NCBI RefSeq assembly: GCF_006345805.1
Contig: NC_043000.1
Coordinates: forward strand, 46,438,001-46,502,000
DNA length: 64,000 nt
Direction of reading: 5' to 3'
From: Octopus sinensis
Taxonomy: Eukaryota
In this document: one piece after another, positions 38,085-52,310 of the stretch
Numbering within the stretch: position 1 is the first letter of the stretch
How the letters are laid out: every line of letters begins with the position of its first letter
Translations under genes and position numbers: made by a program
The notes under the pieces: model-generated
What the model was told of the DNA's origin: nothing
Databases searched by the model: none
The model's input: only the letters and a program-made list of their open reading frames with translations

Positions 38085-38217
38085 CACACGATCTCAGATC
38101 AGGTCACTTGCTATGCAAGTACATCTCCCTAATAGAAAGTATTATTATGAAACAAATTACCATGATCTTGAGTCACTTTTGACTTACTCACACCTGGTGA
38201 ATCCGAGTCAGCGCTTT
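38085..38217 (+). CDS. Candidate internal exon, unknown product
   Basis: Acceptor ttgttttcgttccAG, donor GTAAGC; open frame TRSQIRSLAMQVHLPNRKYYYETNYHDLESLLTYSHLVNPSQRF; no homology recognised. Confidence 0.3.
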
Positions 38218-41200
38218 GTAAGCTAGCAACAGACACCATGTCAACATTTTGTTATGCTGAGAGGGTAGTGTTATACATTATTCTACTCAGCATATAGCAT
38301 AATCTATATAATACTACAAAACAAGATTATCTATGTTTACTTTTTGTCTGTAATTGATGACAGTATATATAAGGTACACTAGATATCTTGCTGGTTAGAA
38401 CCAGATCAGCTTTAACTGAGTAGAGCTATGGCCAAAAGCATTCTATCCATGACTAGAAAGACAAGTGGTTAGATAGAGTCCCATTTTTCCATTCATGAAC
38501 TTCAGTTCTCTTCAATAAAGTAATGCCTCATTCCAGAAGTAACAGAATGGTTATAAAAGTGTCAATGCTCAAAGAGTGTATAAGATTTGTCTTAGGAGAG
38601 TCTATGTGGGAATGTGAGGCAATGCAGATTATAAGATTTGTCTAAGGAGACTAGAAATTGCAACAGCCCAATTCCAGATTACATGCTGTAATTAACATGG
38701 GTTTCAGTCCCATAACTGTCAGACTAAGAATGTTTGCCTGGGTGATAACATCGCACACTCCTTCACATGATGTACAATTTACTTTATATACAGGGATTTA
38801 AAATATGATGCTGTGTAATTTTTTGCTATACATTTTAATATTTCTTCAAAGAAATCACAAGACATTCTACCCTATGTGTAATTGATTATTACCATAAAAA
38901 CATGGAAGGAAAAGAACCCCTGAAATTATGGTTTTGATTAATTTAGATCTCTTTCACCTTCAGTGTACTAGAGCCATACATACCATCTGAGTTAGGCTGT
39001 AAATAGTCGATTCAGCATCTAAACAATATTATTCAATGTTGTATGTAGATTTAGCAGTTAGTTTATGAAATTAATCATTTGACTTACATGCATTTCTTAG
39101 AGTCAAAATCCTTAAATTGGTTTACAGCAAAGTTTTATGTATTCTTATATAGAATAAATCTATATTCCTTATGGCATGTTACAGAATTTCGTTGCTCAGT
39201 AATCACTAAATATGCAACATTGGCTGATTTATTCTGAATATCAATTGATACAAAAATGATCTGAAAAATTATGTTATTTTCTAAGTAACCTAGAATTGAA
39301 CGAGATTCTGAGAGGTTGAAATAGCAATCCTTTGGTTGTGTTACAACCAATCTTGGGAGTTACAGCATCACAATTGCTCCAGTGTAGTACATTGTGTTTT
39401 ATAATTTGGTAGGTCACCCAAAAGTAATCATGTCCAGCGCAAAAAAGGAAATGGGTTTTATCTTGCTAGCTGACTGCCTTATTTACTTTTGAATAATGCA
39501 AAAAATTCAAAATAAAAATCAGTTTCCAAACTGGAGGCTAGTATTTTACTTCAGTAGTAAAAAACAGTAAAGAAGAAAAATAACCAGCGAAGATACTGAA
39601 TGCAATATCCTTGAGATATTTAAAACCTAATGCACACACTTCATAGCCTGTGGCTATGGAATATTGTACATATAGCATATACTTCCAATAGAAATTGTTA
39701 CTTCTGTTAGCAGGCTAGCGGTGGCAATAGTTTCTATTGCTTAAAAGTGATTATTTTATTTAAAAGATTTGTTTAAAACATGAAAGTTACGTAACTGATG
39801 TATGCCAGTAGTGAATAAATTTTCTGTAATATAATAAAAGTTGCATTCCAAAAGAAGACAAAATATATTACCGATTTTAGCTGGAAGTCACTTTAGGTGG
39901 AAGTCACTTTGAAATTCCAAATTGCATTGCTCTTGCAAGTAAACAGAGTGATTTTTCTACTAGTTGTTTTTAGTATGGAAATTATCAGAATAATTCCCCT
40001 AAATATTAAGAACTGTTGAAGGAAAACTACTTTTCAAACTGCATATAATGTATATTAAAATAATGGCAGTTGAATGTTTGAAGAAATTAGTTGTAAACAA
40101 AAGGACATTTTTTTGATCCCAGTGGAGTCATTAATGTCAAGACTATTTATTCCTTATCACTTTCAGCAATTAGAATTCTTATCTTAAAATTTCATTTAAT
40201 TTTTATTCAGAATTCTTGAATACTTTCAAATCTATTCTATGCAATAAAATGATAAATATCAGTAAGAAAAGATGTAGTGTTTTAGGTCAATATGATTTTT
40301 TTTAGCTGGCTCAGATAATTTTATTGAATATTTGGCTTTATAATGAAATATTGATTTCTTTTCACTCACTTTGTATATAACTATTGAACTTATGAATAGT
40401 TTTGTTATGCTAACAATATCTGAGACATAGCAAAAGTTATGATTAAATAACAAGTGTCAAATCTGTGAGAGAAAGTACTGGAATGCAAATGTAGGCTTTT
40501 ATGACATACTGCTTATTTTAAAATAAAGTAACATTATTTAGTTATTTATTATGTAGAATCTTGTTAAATTGTAGGCGCAGGAAAATGCAAAAACAATAGG
40601 TGATGTGAAATAAAAAGGAGTTTTGAGAAGATGCATTAGGTCAGCTTATTAGATGTATAGTAATGATATACTACAATTACCATCATCTAGAATATTCATA
40701 ACTGTCTCTACTAAAAATGTCTTAAAACTTCTAGAATGCACCTTGTATATATAACAAATTTAATGGTTTTCTAGAATACAAATTTTAATAGAACTTAGAT
40801 TTAAAAAATGTCTAATATGCAAACTATGTGAGCTGAAGTGGTTGTAGAATGAAACTCTACAAATCTTGGGAAAATATGTCTTAAACTGTAGTTTTCAATG
40901 TAATTCAAAAATAACAGCTGTACATTTTTACATAAAATAAGATACCATATAACTTTCAGACAACCAAATGATTTACTTTCGATTCACTTCACGAGTATAC
41001 ATGGTTTTGGCTGTATTAAAACTGAATTAGAGCTAATTAGTAAGAAATTATAATCATTTGGATTTTGAGCTTATATAATCACTTATAACATTAAAATCAT
41101 TTAAGTGCAAGACTTAATTCTCTTGTAGAATTCATAAACTTTATGATTCGCTACAATATTTTATTCTTGCATTTATAACCCAATCCATATTACTGGATAA

Positions 41201-41920
41201 TTTACTTAGAAAATCAGCTGATAGAATATACATGGATTAAAACTGTTTTAATGAATCTTAGGTCTTTATGTTACTTCTGTTATATATGTTGTATACAGCA
41301 TGATTAGATGTTGTGTGTACAACATCTAAGTGCTTAATACATATTCACAATGACCCTGCCTCTCAAAAGCGGTGGTCTATTGAACCACTCTCACACAATC
41401 CAATGAAACAGAATATTTTGCAGCATCCCGCATTATACCTCAATGGGGAAATTCATCTTTCTTATTGTTGCCATCCTGTTAATCAATTTCAAATGACTGG
41501 TTAGTTGGGTCATGCACAATTAGAGGTAAGCAACTGTTGGTTACTGATAGTAAGAGTATTTCTTTTCCATGCACAATCATTGAGCACTACATGTATCTGG
41601 ATAAAATTATAATACACTGTTATGCATTAACATGCAAACTGGGTTGTAATTTGGCCCAATAAAACTGGTTACCCCACCATTTGAAACAGCTTCTGCCCAT
41701 CACTATTAGTATGCTCCATCATCCTATGTAAGCATAAACCACCTCAACCCTGTAGACTCTTTCCTCTACCATAGTGTATATATAAACTATCTTATATCAT
41801 TGTTTTATCAAACTACCCATATAACTTCAACTAGTCAATGAAGATAGCTCCCACCAAAAATTATCAAATAGAACTTCAAGTACTGGGCTCATTTGTTTAC
41901 ACCTCAAATCTCCCTTTGCT

Positions 41921-42019
<99 letters not shown>

Positions 42020-42190
42020 GTGTGTGTGTGTGTATAAATAGATGAGTGTATTTTTCCCTTGTTAACAACTAACACGGAAAAAATAGATAAATAGTTACCA
42101 GGGTAGCAAAAAATCACACAAGTAAAGAGGTTGTAACTCCTTGTTTTTAAAGGTAGAAACTTCGGGTTTATGTTGAATTTATTGTGTAAT

Positions 42191-42373
42191 ATATAAATAA
42201 ATAAATGGAGTTTAATGCAGGTGTTATTCAAATACTTTTACTTCTGACACATGTTTCGAAGATATCACTGATATTATTCCAAAGGAGGAATAATATCAAT
42301 GATATCTTCAAAACATGTGTCGGAAGTAAAAGTATTTGAATAATACCTGCATTAAACTCTATTTTTCTATTTA

Positions 42374-42376
<3 letters not shown>
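42191..42376. repeat. Fold-back palindrome with 90 bp arms and a 6 nt loop
   Basis: 42191-42280 is the reverse complement of 42287-42376 with about 7 mismatches. Confidence 0.9.
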
Positions 42377-42428
<52 letters not shown>

Positions 42429-44120
42429 ATATATATAGATATAGATATAAATATATTTAGATTTAGGGATGGTGTTCAGAACCCTTCTCACAGCCTACTT
42501 CATCTTCAAAATGAAGATCCCATTCAGCTTCAGGAACAACAATCACAGGGAGCTAAGTCTGGACTATAGGGAGAGTGATGGACAGTTTCGATGCTCATCT
42601 CTTTTAAATAATTGGTTACTAGTAACATGTGGTCAAAGACATCTGAACTGCAATCAACTACTGTCTTCCATTCATAGTGCATTTAGGACAGCATTCGCTA
42701 ATGTGATCTTAATATTAGAAGATGGTGTAGAATGGTGATCTGGTAGGATTCTTATCATGTTAGGCAAAATGCTTAGCAGCACTTTGTCTGTCCTTATGCC
42801 CTGAGTTCAAAATCCACTGCAGTCAACTTTGCCTTTCACATTTTCTGGATTGATAAAATAAGTACCAGTTGAGAATTGGGGTCAAGGTAATCGACTTAAC
42901 CCTCCCTTGAAATTGCTGGCCTTGTGCCAAAATTCACAACTAATATTATAAGATGGGTGGTTGAGCTGGCGGAATTGTTAGTACACAAAATGCTTAGCAG
43001 TATTTCAACCGTCCCTACATTCTGAGTTCAAATTCCACTGAGGTTGACTTTGCCTTCATCCTTACAGGGCTGATAAAATAAATACTGGTTGAACACTGGG
43101 GTTGATGTAATCGACTTAACTTCTCCCTCGAAATTGCTGGCATTGTGCCAAAATTTGAAATCAATAGTATGAGCCAATGTGCTGTGAGTGAAGGAACATT
43201 TGGTTTCTATTTTTAATAGGTCAAGTTACTGCATAAAATTATGTCAATCTTCTTATTTTTCAGATATAATATCCAAGATGTTCTTTGTTTGTTAATGCAG
43301 CAGGATGTGATTTTATGGAGTGACAGCTGCTATTACTAGCAGGCCCAGTGACCAGACAGAGGCTTTCTTATTCTTTTCTACTCTATGCACAAGGCCCGAA
43401 ATTTTTGGAGAGGGGTCCAGTCAATTAGATCGACCCCAGTATGCAACTGGTACTTAATTTATCGACCCCGAAGGGAGGAAAGGCAAAGTCGACTTCGGCA
43501 GAATTTGAACTCAGAACATAAAGACAGATGAAATACTGCTAAGCATTTCACCCGGCATGCTAACACTTCTGCCAGCTTGCCACCTTTTAGAGGCTTTCTT
43601 ATTGATGTGTGTCTCAATCTGTACATACATAGAATGGGAGAAGTTTTGATATATTCTGAAATATCAAATATTATATTTATTTTTACACCTGCAATACTTC
43701 AAACAAACAGTTTACTCGACGGAGGCATTTTAGAAACCACATCAAGACAATTTACAGAGAAGCAATTATAGAATTTTATATTTTTGATCTTTTTTTTTTC
43801 CTCATGTCACAGGATACCTAATTGAAGAGAAAATTCTCTTGCTCTGTTAATAATTTGGGTAATGATAAAAAAAAAAAGATAGTCACTGCTATATGTGATA
43901 ATGATGAATGCCTAAATCTATGAACAGTGTTATATTATCTTCAATATAATCCTATTTCCATGTTCCACAATGTTACCCTCTCTGACATGGCAGCAATGTT
44001 TTGGAAATACTACTTAAGTTGTCAATTTAGATTCTGTTGAGAACTCCAAGAGCAGCAAGCCACTCAAATGTACATTCCTGAGTGACTTAATATAATCTCT
44101 CTAAAATGCATTCCAATGCA

Positions 44121-46203
44121 TAGTATATAAATACAAAGATACTACAAGGATTTGGTGAGAATTTATGATAGGAAAAGAAAAATTATTAAGAGATGCTTGC
44201 CAAAAGACAACCAGACTGACGTAGATATGTGATGTTCTCATGTATTTATTTCACATGCTTGACAGTCAGTTGCCTGACATTTCATAGTCAGAGATATCCA
44301 AGTTATATGATTAACCCTACTGACTTTGAAGAATGTTACAGTAGAGGGTATTCCTAGTACTATTGCCAAGATTATAAAAGGATTTATTCTCTGTCATATT
44401 AACAAAATATTCATCAATTATCTAGAAACCTTGTTGCTTAGAACAGTTTTCCTCGTGAGCTGAGGGCACTGAGGGTGGAAAAGGGGTATGAAAAATTGTA
44501 TGTTTAATAAAATTAAAATGGTTTTAAATTGGTTCAACATAATGAAGGCAAAAAGAAAAATTATATGGATGCAAATTATATGGCCTCAGTTCCATTGAAG
44601 CCATATAATTTCATAATTGTACTGATTCAGGGCTGATAATAAGAAGCTCCTTTGGCAAGTGCCACCAATCAAACAAGTGGCTTGTCATTGGTGGAAACCA
44701 TACAAATGGAAACTATATCAAGTCCACTGTGTATTTATATATTCCTTTACTTGTTTCAGTGATTTGTCTGGAGCCATGCTACAGCACTGCCTTGAAGGGT
44801 TTCAGTTGAACAAATCGATCCCAGAACTTATTTCTTAAGCCTAGCACTTATTCCAATGGTTCTTTTGTTGAACCACTAAGTTACAGGGACACAAGCACAC
44901 CAACACCAGTTGTCAAGTGGTGATGGGGGAAAAACACAAAGACACACACACACAGATAGATAGATAAATACATACATACATACGACAGGTTTCTTTCATT
45001 TTCCATCTACCAAATCAACTTAGAAGGGTTTGATTGGTAGTAGAAGTCACTGAACCTGGAGACATATAGTTGGGAAGCAAGCTTCTTATATATATACACA
45101 TATTGTGTGTCCTGTGTCTGTGAAATCTTGTATCCCTGCCATAAGACTTTACTTCCACGCACGCCAGCTTAATTTAGTTTATCCTTAGTCAAAAGAGACC
45201 TGTTGTTATGTCTTGTTATTTGTATTTGTGTAACTTACTCCGTTTTTTTGTCCTTGTTTTTGTATACATTCGCTGCTTTCTTCCAAGGAATCTAATGCTT
45301 TTAGCTTAGTTTTTCCTTGGGGCTGGCCAGATTGGAGCAATCTCAAGTATAACCAGCCAAAATTGCAAAGATAATCTGGAACTCGACTGAGGAAAGAAAA
45401 CTCTGAATGACCCGTCCTTGTTTTCTTTGTATTGTCTATCTGGATGTTTTGCGTTCTTGTCCCATTTTGTATTTTATGTTATATATATGTGTATGTGTGT
45501 GTGTGTGTGTGTAAAATAAAACAGCATCAAGTATTATGAGTGAAAGCACACTGGATCATGATATGAAAAACAGGAACAATCAGATATACTATTTCTTTTT
45601 AGCATAGAAGACAATTCCTCTTAGAACTGATCCCCTGTAAAGGAGCACTGCTAAGTGTCTTCTATACTGAGAATCTCTGGATCTCATCTGTGAACTATAT
45701 ACTTTTTTTTATTGTATTAACAAAGACTGTGTCTTTCAATTTGAGAAAAAGATTAACAGGAAGTTGTTATAGAGGGAAATTAGAAAAACACCATTGTCTA
45801 AATATAAGATGAAAGGAGACATACTGGACAATATGTTCAGTGAGAAGCTGACAGAACAAAGAATAATAGAAAGGAGATCAGCAAAAGCAGGTGATATAAA
45901 AGGGTAAGTGAGTGAGAGGTACAAAGAAGGAAAGGGGTGAAAGAAAGATGGCATGCATATGTAAACCAACTGTAACATTCTTCAAAGTCAATAAGGTTAA
46001 TCATATAATTTGGATATCTCTAACTATGAAAAGTCAGGCAACTGACTGTCAAGATGTGGAATGAATACAACATTAGAAAATCATACAGTCTTCTTTAATC
46101 TGGTCATCTTTTGGCTAGCATCTCAGAATTTTTTTCTTTTCTTTTCTTTTCCTATTATAAATTCTCACCAAATCCTTGCAGTATTGTTGTATTCATATAC
46201 CAA
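44121..46203. repeat. ~225 bp diverged inverted repeat (44121-44342 / 45969-46203)
   Basis: Shared blocks such as caaggatttggtgagaattta and ttgacagtcagttgcctgac appear in opposite orientation. Confidence 0.8.
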
Positions 46204-47859
46204 GTATTTGTTATATGAATATGTAAAACCCCAGTGACAAAATCAATTCTCATCCAAGCCATGCTAGCATGGTGAAACAGATGTTAAACAAATGAAACAC
46301 TATTTTACCTACTCATTAATAAAGAGTGAGGTGGGTAAAATTACTAATACTTAGCGGTGGGTAATAGTCAGTTTATGAAGAACTAAAATAGAACGGTGAA
46401 AAATACCTTTTCATTGTACCTAGTTATTTTGCCCAGAACCACTTTAACAGTCTTGTAGACCCCTGGGCATATGAATGCTAGGCTCTGTAGTATTTGGGCT
46501 TGTTATCAATAATTTATTGACAGCAAGCCACAACATACATAGGTCTGAATTGGGCTCCTAAACCCAGTGGTGGAGGTGTGTGGCTTAAGTGTTAAGGTGG
46601 TAGACTCATGATCGTAAGATTGTGGTTTTGATTCCTGGACTGGGCGACACATTGTGTTCTTGAAGTAAAGCACTTCTTTTCATGCTGCTCCAGCTCACTC
46701 AGCTGGCAAAAATGAGTAATCCTGCAATGGACTGGTGTCCCATCCAGGGGTAGAATTTATACACCATGGAAACCCGGACACCCACCTTTTTGAGCCAACA
46801 TAATTCAAGAATGTAACTTTACCTTTTTACCCTAAACCCAGTGTACTCATATAGTTAAGATAGATGACCCTGATTTAGCCATAGATATAGTATAACACCA
46901 GTGACAGACAATGTGCATCAGTCCAGTCAGACAGCTTACTAGTAGTTAGGGAAGACTTAAAAATGAGGGCAATTCTACATCAAGCATTGGTAACTTTTTC
47001 AAGAAGTGGATTGCATAAGGCTTGGCTCAACACCAGGTGAGCTGCACTATTAAAATAATTCAGGGTAGTCTTTCATGAGACATGCCATGCAGAAAGTTCT
47101 GCAGGCTGTATGTGGTCCGTGGGCAACAGGATACTCGTAACTGTTCTACATCTTTCTCTGACATGCTAAAAATAGCAGTCAAACCTCTTTTATATTAAAT
47201 CTTGCTGTCTTACAAAGGAGGCTGTAACATACTGGATAAGATGCTTCTAGGTAAGAAATGCACAGGAAGAAGGATATGTTACCCATAGTTGGAAATCGTT
47301 GGATTAATGACCAGCACAATCAAGGTTGATCCGCAGTTAATTAGCAACACTAACATAAAAATAAATAAAAACAATAAAGCTAAATGCTTCTTAATCAGGA
47401 ATTTCAGAGAAAAATTAGCTAAAAGGAAACAATGACAGAGACAAATATACTATATCATTTTAGAGTTTGTTTTACAACAGAAATATTTATGTTGGTTTTA
47501 TGTAAAAAAACAATGTAAATATAATATTTAGTTAGATATTTCCTGCTATTAACTAAAATATAATTCTGAGTGTAAAAAAAATTATTTCAGATGTGGAAAC
47601 AAAGATCTATATATAATTTTTCTTTCTCTCTTTACATATAAATATTTTTTTATATACCCAGGCCTAGTTCCCAATTTTTTTAGAAGGGGGTAGCCTCACA
47701 AGACACACATCAGACATTCCATTCATTTCCCAGCTCAACGAGACAAGCCTCGTTCTATGCTCAGATCAAGGCATAGAACACAACCCCCAATATCAGTTGC
47801 AGGGCCCAATAACATATGCTGGTTTACCCCACTACACCATGTTGGTTTTGAACCCCTTT

Positions 47860-48595
47860 GAGCAACATCAAATTCACTTGTCCATCCTCAAACACTCTCC
47901 AAGCTTTCTTATCATTTACAAACTCCAACACCTCTAACCACCAAAGCTTTCCTCACTCCATCCATCCACATAAACTAAGGCCTGCCTCTCGTTGTGCTGC
48001 CTGTCACTTCTGCCTTGATCCCCTTCCTTACCATCCACTCCTCATTCGTCCTTTCCATTTGGCTAAACCACCGCAACAGTCATCTATCCATTTTAGTTAT
48101 TAGTTTTTCTCTCAGTCCTCTCTCCTTATCCTGTTCATCCATGTCACATCACCCATAACCCTGAAACATCTCATCTCAAATACATCTAGTCACGTCCTTT
48201 CCCCCTCTCTCAGACCCCACGTCTCTGCACCATATAACATTGTCAGCACAATCATGCCCTCATACACAGCACTTTTTGCTTTCATGCTCAACTATTTATC
48301 TCTCAGCATACCTTCCACAACTCCAAGTATCTTACTCTCCTCCCCCACTCCATATCCCACATCCTCAGCCAAACCTTCATCCACCGTCACATGATCCCAG
48401 ATACTTAAAAACACACACCTCCTCTAACATCTCACCATTTATACTCACATTCATCCTACCAGCCATTCCAACTCTCGAACATCTCATCACCTTACTCTTA
48501 GCTACATTCACTTTAAGTTTCCTCCTCTCACACACTCTTCCAAATTCTACCACCAGTCTCCTCAGTTGCTATTCCAAATCTGCTACCAGTGCTGT
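47860..48595 (-). mobile_element. Degraded RTE C-terminal fragment
   Basis: Minus strand gives MLYGAETWGL and LDVFEMRCFRV-like motifs. Confidence 0.6.
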
Positions 48596-48600
48596 ATCAT

Positions 48601-48639
<39 letters not shown>

Positions 48640-48643
48640 TATA

Positions 48644-49011
48644 TCTTTATATATAAAACTGTAGTTGTGTGAGTGTCTGTCCCCTTCGATTTAGATTCCT
48701 AACTACTCCCACATTTTGCGGTGTAGTTTAACCAATAATCGTGATTCATATTGAGCCCTTCTGGGTATTAGCGCGCGTCTACGATGAGTCTACGATTTTA
48801 AAAATAATTTACCATCATTTTTTTCCATTTTCATGCATATTTTTTTAAAGGGAAGTAACTCTCTAAAAATGTCTACGATGAGTCAACGATTTTTAAAAAA
48901 ATTTACCATCATATTTTTTCCATTTTTAATGCATTTTTTTGCTATAACTCTCTAAAAATGCTGTATAGTTATTTCCCTTACAAACCCGAGCAACGCCGGG
49001 CGATACTGCTA

Positions 49012-49012
<1 letters not shown>
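48644..49012 (+). mobile_element. Short non-autonomous Helitron (deletion derivative)
   Basis: 5' TCTTTATATATAAAA; 3' cccgagcaacgccggg hairpin and CTAG; A|T insertion site; lacks the GC-rich core. Confidence 0.9.
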
Positions 49013-49063
<51 letters not shown>

Positions 49064-49139
49064 ATCTATCTATATATATAGATAGATTCATATATATCTC
49101 ATCATCATCATTTAACACCCGTTTTCCATGCTGGAATGG

Positions 49140-49200
<61 letters not shown>

Positions 49201-50036
49201 CTCTTCTCTTTTTTTCATTCTTTATCTGCCTGACTGCTGTGTATCTGTCTCTCTTTGCATCCCACTCTTTCTTCATATACTCTGCTCTCCTTCTATCTCC
49301 CTTCTTTTTAACCAAATAAGAATATCTCAGTAAATTCACTCCAGGAATCAAAGACTTTATAATATCATAAATTAAATGTGAATACAAGATTCAGAATTGT
49401 GTTCATTGGAATGATACCAAAACATTTCCCCACTCTTTATCTTTGATGTGTGCAAATCTTTAGACTGGTGCCAATGAGGTTTCACTATTTTCAGACATAT
49501 ATTATAAGAAACGTCTGAAATGTCTTTCAAAACAATCAATTTTTACAATCAATTTTTAGTTTGTAACTTACACTTAATATAATTCATGTTCTAATTTACA
49601 ACATCAGACAATAAACAGTAATGATTATGTATTTTGCAGGGGTTAGAAATTAAATAGAGAGTTATTCGTTAGTACATTTTAACCCCATTCTATATCAACA
49701 GAATGGTATACTTCAAGTTATTGTCAGTGACTCTGATTTACTTCATAATGATTTCATTTTTCTTCTCTTTGTTTTTCATACAGTATGGTTCTTTTATTTT
49801 TAAAAAGCAACTGTCTCTAATTTAGACATTGTACTCAAACGAATTTGATGACAGAATTATATATATATATATATATTATGTGAAATAGAAAGATGAATAA
49901 TCTTGTAGTAGATTAATCAAAAGTTTAACCGATACCTTAGTAGCAAAAATCACAGCAGTGAACAGCACGGTTGGAGGTACAACCATCTGGCGTTGCAACC
50001 GTGCGTTGGTGCGGATAATTGAAATTAAAACATTAT

Positions 50037-50182
50037 TGGTGAATTGAAGAAATGGAGCTGAATGCAGATTGAACAGAAATCGTTTTATTTCATTCTACAA
50101 TTTGTGCCTTTCGAAACACGGTAGAATGAAATAAAACGATTTCTGTTCAATCTGCGTTCAGCTCCATTTCTTCAATTCACCA
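50037..50182. repeat. Fold-back hairpin with 62 bp arms and a 22 nt loop
   Basis: 50037-50098 is the reverse complement of 50121-50182 with one mismatch (G-U in RNA). Confidence 0.92.
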
Positions 50183-50272
50183 TTTATATATATATATATA
50201 TATAGATAGATAGATAGATACATACATACATACCTACATACATACATACATACATACATACATACATTCATG

Positions 50273-50304
<32 letters not shown>

Positions 50305-51563
50305 AGAAGACGAAAATGGAGAAAATTACATACAGACATCAGTTTGAACAATATCAAACTTATACAACCTACAATCATTTCCATGTCCAGTTAATTCGAA
50401 TAAGAAATAATTAAATTAAATTAAATTAAATTAAAGATTTGTATTGAATATAGTTAAGTGAACATTTTGTCAGGGTCAGAACTTACACACACACACACAC
50501 ACACACACATGCATAAACACATATATAAAGATCAATAGATAGGTAGATAGATAGATTGAAAAATCATAAGTTGACTTGGTGAAATAGATGAATTATGTAT
50601 CATTGCAAAGCTACTTGAATGACAGTACATTTTACATTCCTGATCAATCACTTGGATATATTCAGGACTTGAGTAGTAACTGATTCTATCACCACCACCA
50701 CCAAAACCACCACCACCACCAAAACCACCACCACCACCAACACATCTGATTGTTATGCTCATTTTTCTCAATAGAAATGAGTTGGACAAATTATGAGATT
50801 ATGCCAGCTTTATTTTTATTCCAACTTTCCGTGATACAGTGTTCTAAATCTGACAGCTTGTATCTATCTTACTTGGCTGCCCTATACTATAGTGACTGCT
50901 GACCAGCTGTTCAAAATATACTTTGCGTGCACCAACAATCGACATTGCATGTCTGAATGACTGCAATTATCTTATTTTCATGCTTCTTAAGTTTAGCTGC
51001 ATTCTTTAGCTCATCCATATTCAATCAATCTCTTTGACTCACTTTGCAAATTTAGCAGATTAAAGCAGATCAACTTGTTTCTCGAAAATGGACAGAATTT
51101 ACCAATTCCATATATTTCCCCTACCACACAGTCTCAAATTTTTTCGTTATAAATTTTACTATAGATTTCTTTTTTCTCTGTAATATATAGAAATATATAT
51201 TTTATTAATTAATTAACAGAAATATTTTGTATTAATCTTCTAATTATCTTCCTTATATTATTTTCCTAATGGGAAAGAGATGATATGACAAAGTAAGTAC
51301 TTTTTAGAAATATAGTCTCATATGTGGAGTGGAGTGACTTGAAAACTTTTTGCCAGCCATGGATATCCAAGCAATTAGTAGATAAAAACTTCCTATAGAG
51401 TTGTCTAAAGTCTAAAAACAACAAAGGAAGTAATTCCAATAAGATTTGTTCATTGCAGTTTTTGAATTATAGACATAATGCATATTAAAGTGGATATGGT
51501 CTTTAAAGCTAAATTGTGAAAGTAATGGACATTTCAGTCTTTATCTCCTTTGCTTGCTTTTAG

Positions 51564-51646
51564 ATCTTAGCCAACCCTAGAGGGGTTTCTCAGATAATTG
51601 CTTCGATAATCTCAGGAAAGTGGTGTTTTTCAATTCGCTATATCAA
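51564..51646 (+). CDS. Candidate internal exon (weak)
   Basis: Strong pyrimidine acceptor; donor AA|GTATGA; frame ILANPRGVSQIIASIISGKWCFSIRYI. Confidence 0.15.
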
Positions 51647-51904
51647 GTATGAGAAACATTTATATATTTGTTATTAGTATGCAGAATACTGACCTAAAAT
51701 ATTTGCTTCAGCCATATTGTTGATGTTCATAAACAGCACCATTAATTATTTTTGTTATTTCTTATCACTCATAGTCTTGCCAACCCACTAGAATACTTTG
51801 CTGAAGAGCTCTAATCAGCTTGAAACATATATCCATTACTTTGCAATTACTTTCAACTGTTGGTTTTAAAGATTAGATTCATTCCATTCTATAATGTCTA
51901 TATA

Positions 51905-52075
51905 GGCGTAGGAGTGGCTGTGTGGTAAGTAGCTTGCTTACCAACCACATGGTCCCGGGTTCAGTCCCACTGCGTGGTACCTTGGGCAAGTGTCTTCTAC
52001 TATAGACTCGGGCCGACCAAAACCTTGTGAGTGGATTTGGTAGACAGAAACTGAAAGAATCCCGTCGTATATAAG

Positions 52076-52106
<31 letters not shown>

Positions 52107-52310
52107 TTGTGTGTCTGCATTTGTCCTCCCAACATCGCTTGACAACCGATGCTGGTGTGTTTATATTCCCGTAACTTAGCAGTTTGGCAAAATAGACCAA
52201 TAGAATAAATACTAGGCTTCCAAAGAATAAGTCCTGGGGTCGATTTGCTCGACTAAAGGCGGTGCTCCAGCATGGCCACAGTCAAATGACTGAAACAAGT
52301 ACAAGAGTAT
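51905..52310 (+). mobile_element. SINE family B, full length with central (TA)n
   Basis: Head ggcgtaggagtggctgtgtggtaag; tail gtcaaatgactgaaacaagta. Confidence 0.85.

Noticed and set aside
45380-45420. CTGAGGA...GAAT...GTC in a repeat
   Set aside because: No convincing stems and GAAA is not intact
50532-50789. Glycine-rich 85 aa ORF
   Set aside because: The Gly run is a (CCA)n microsatellite; no splice or homology support
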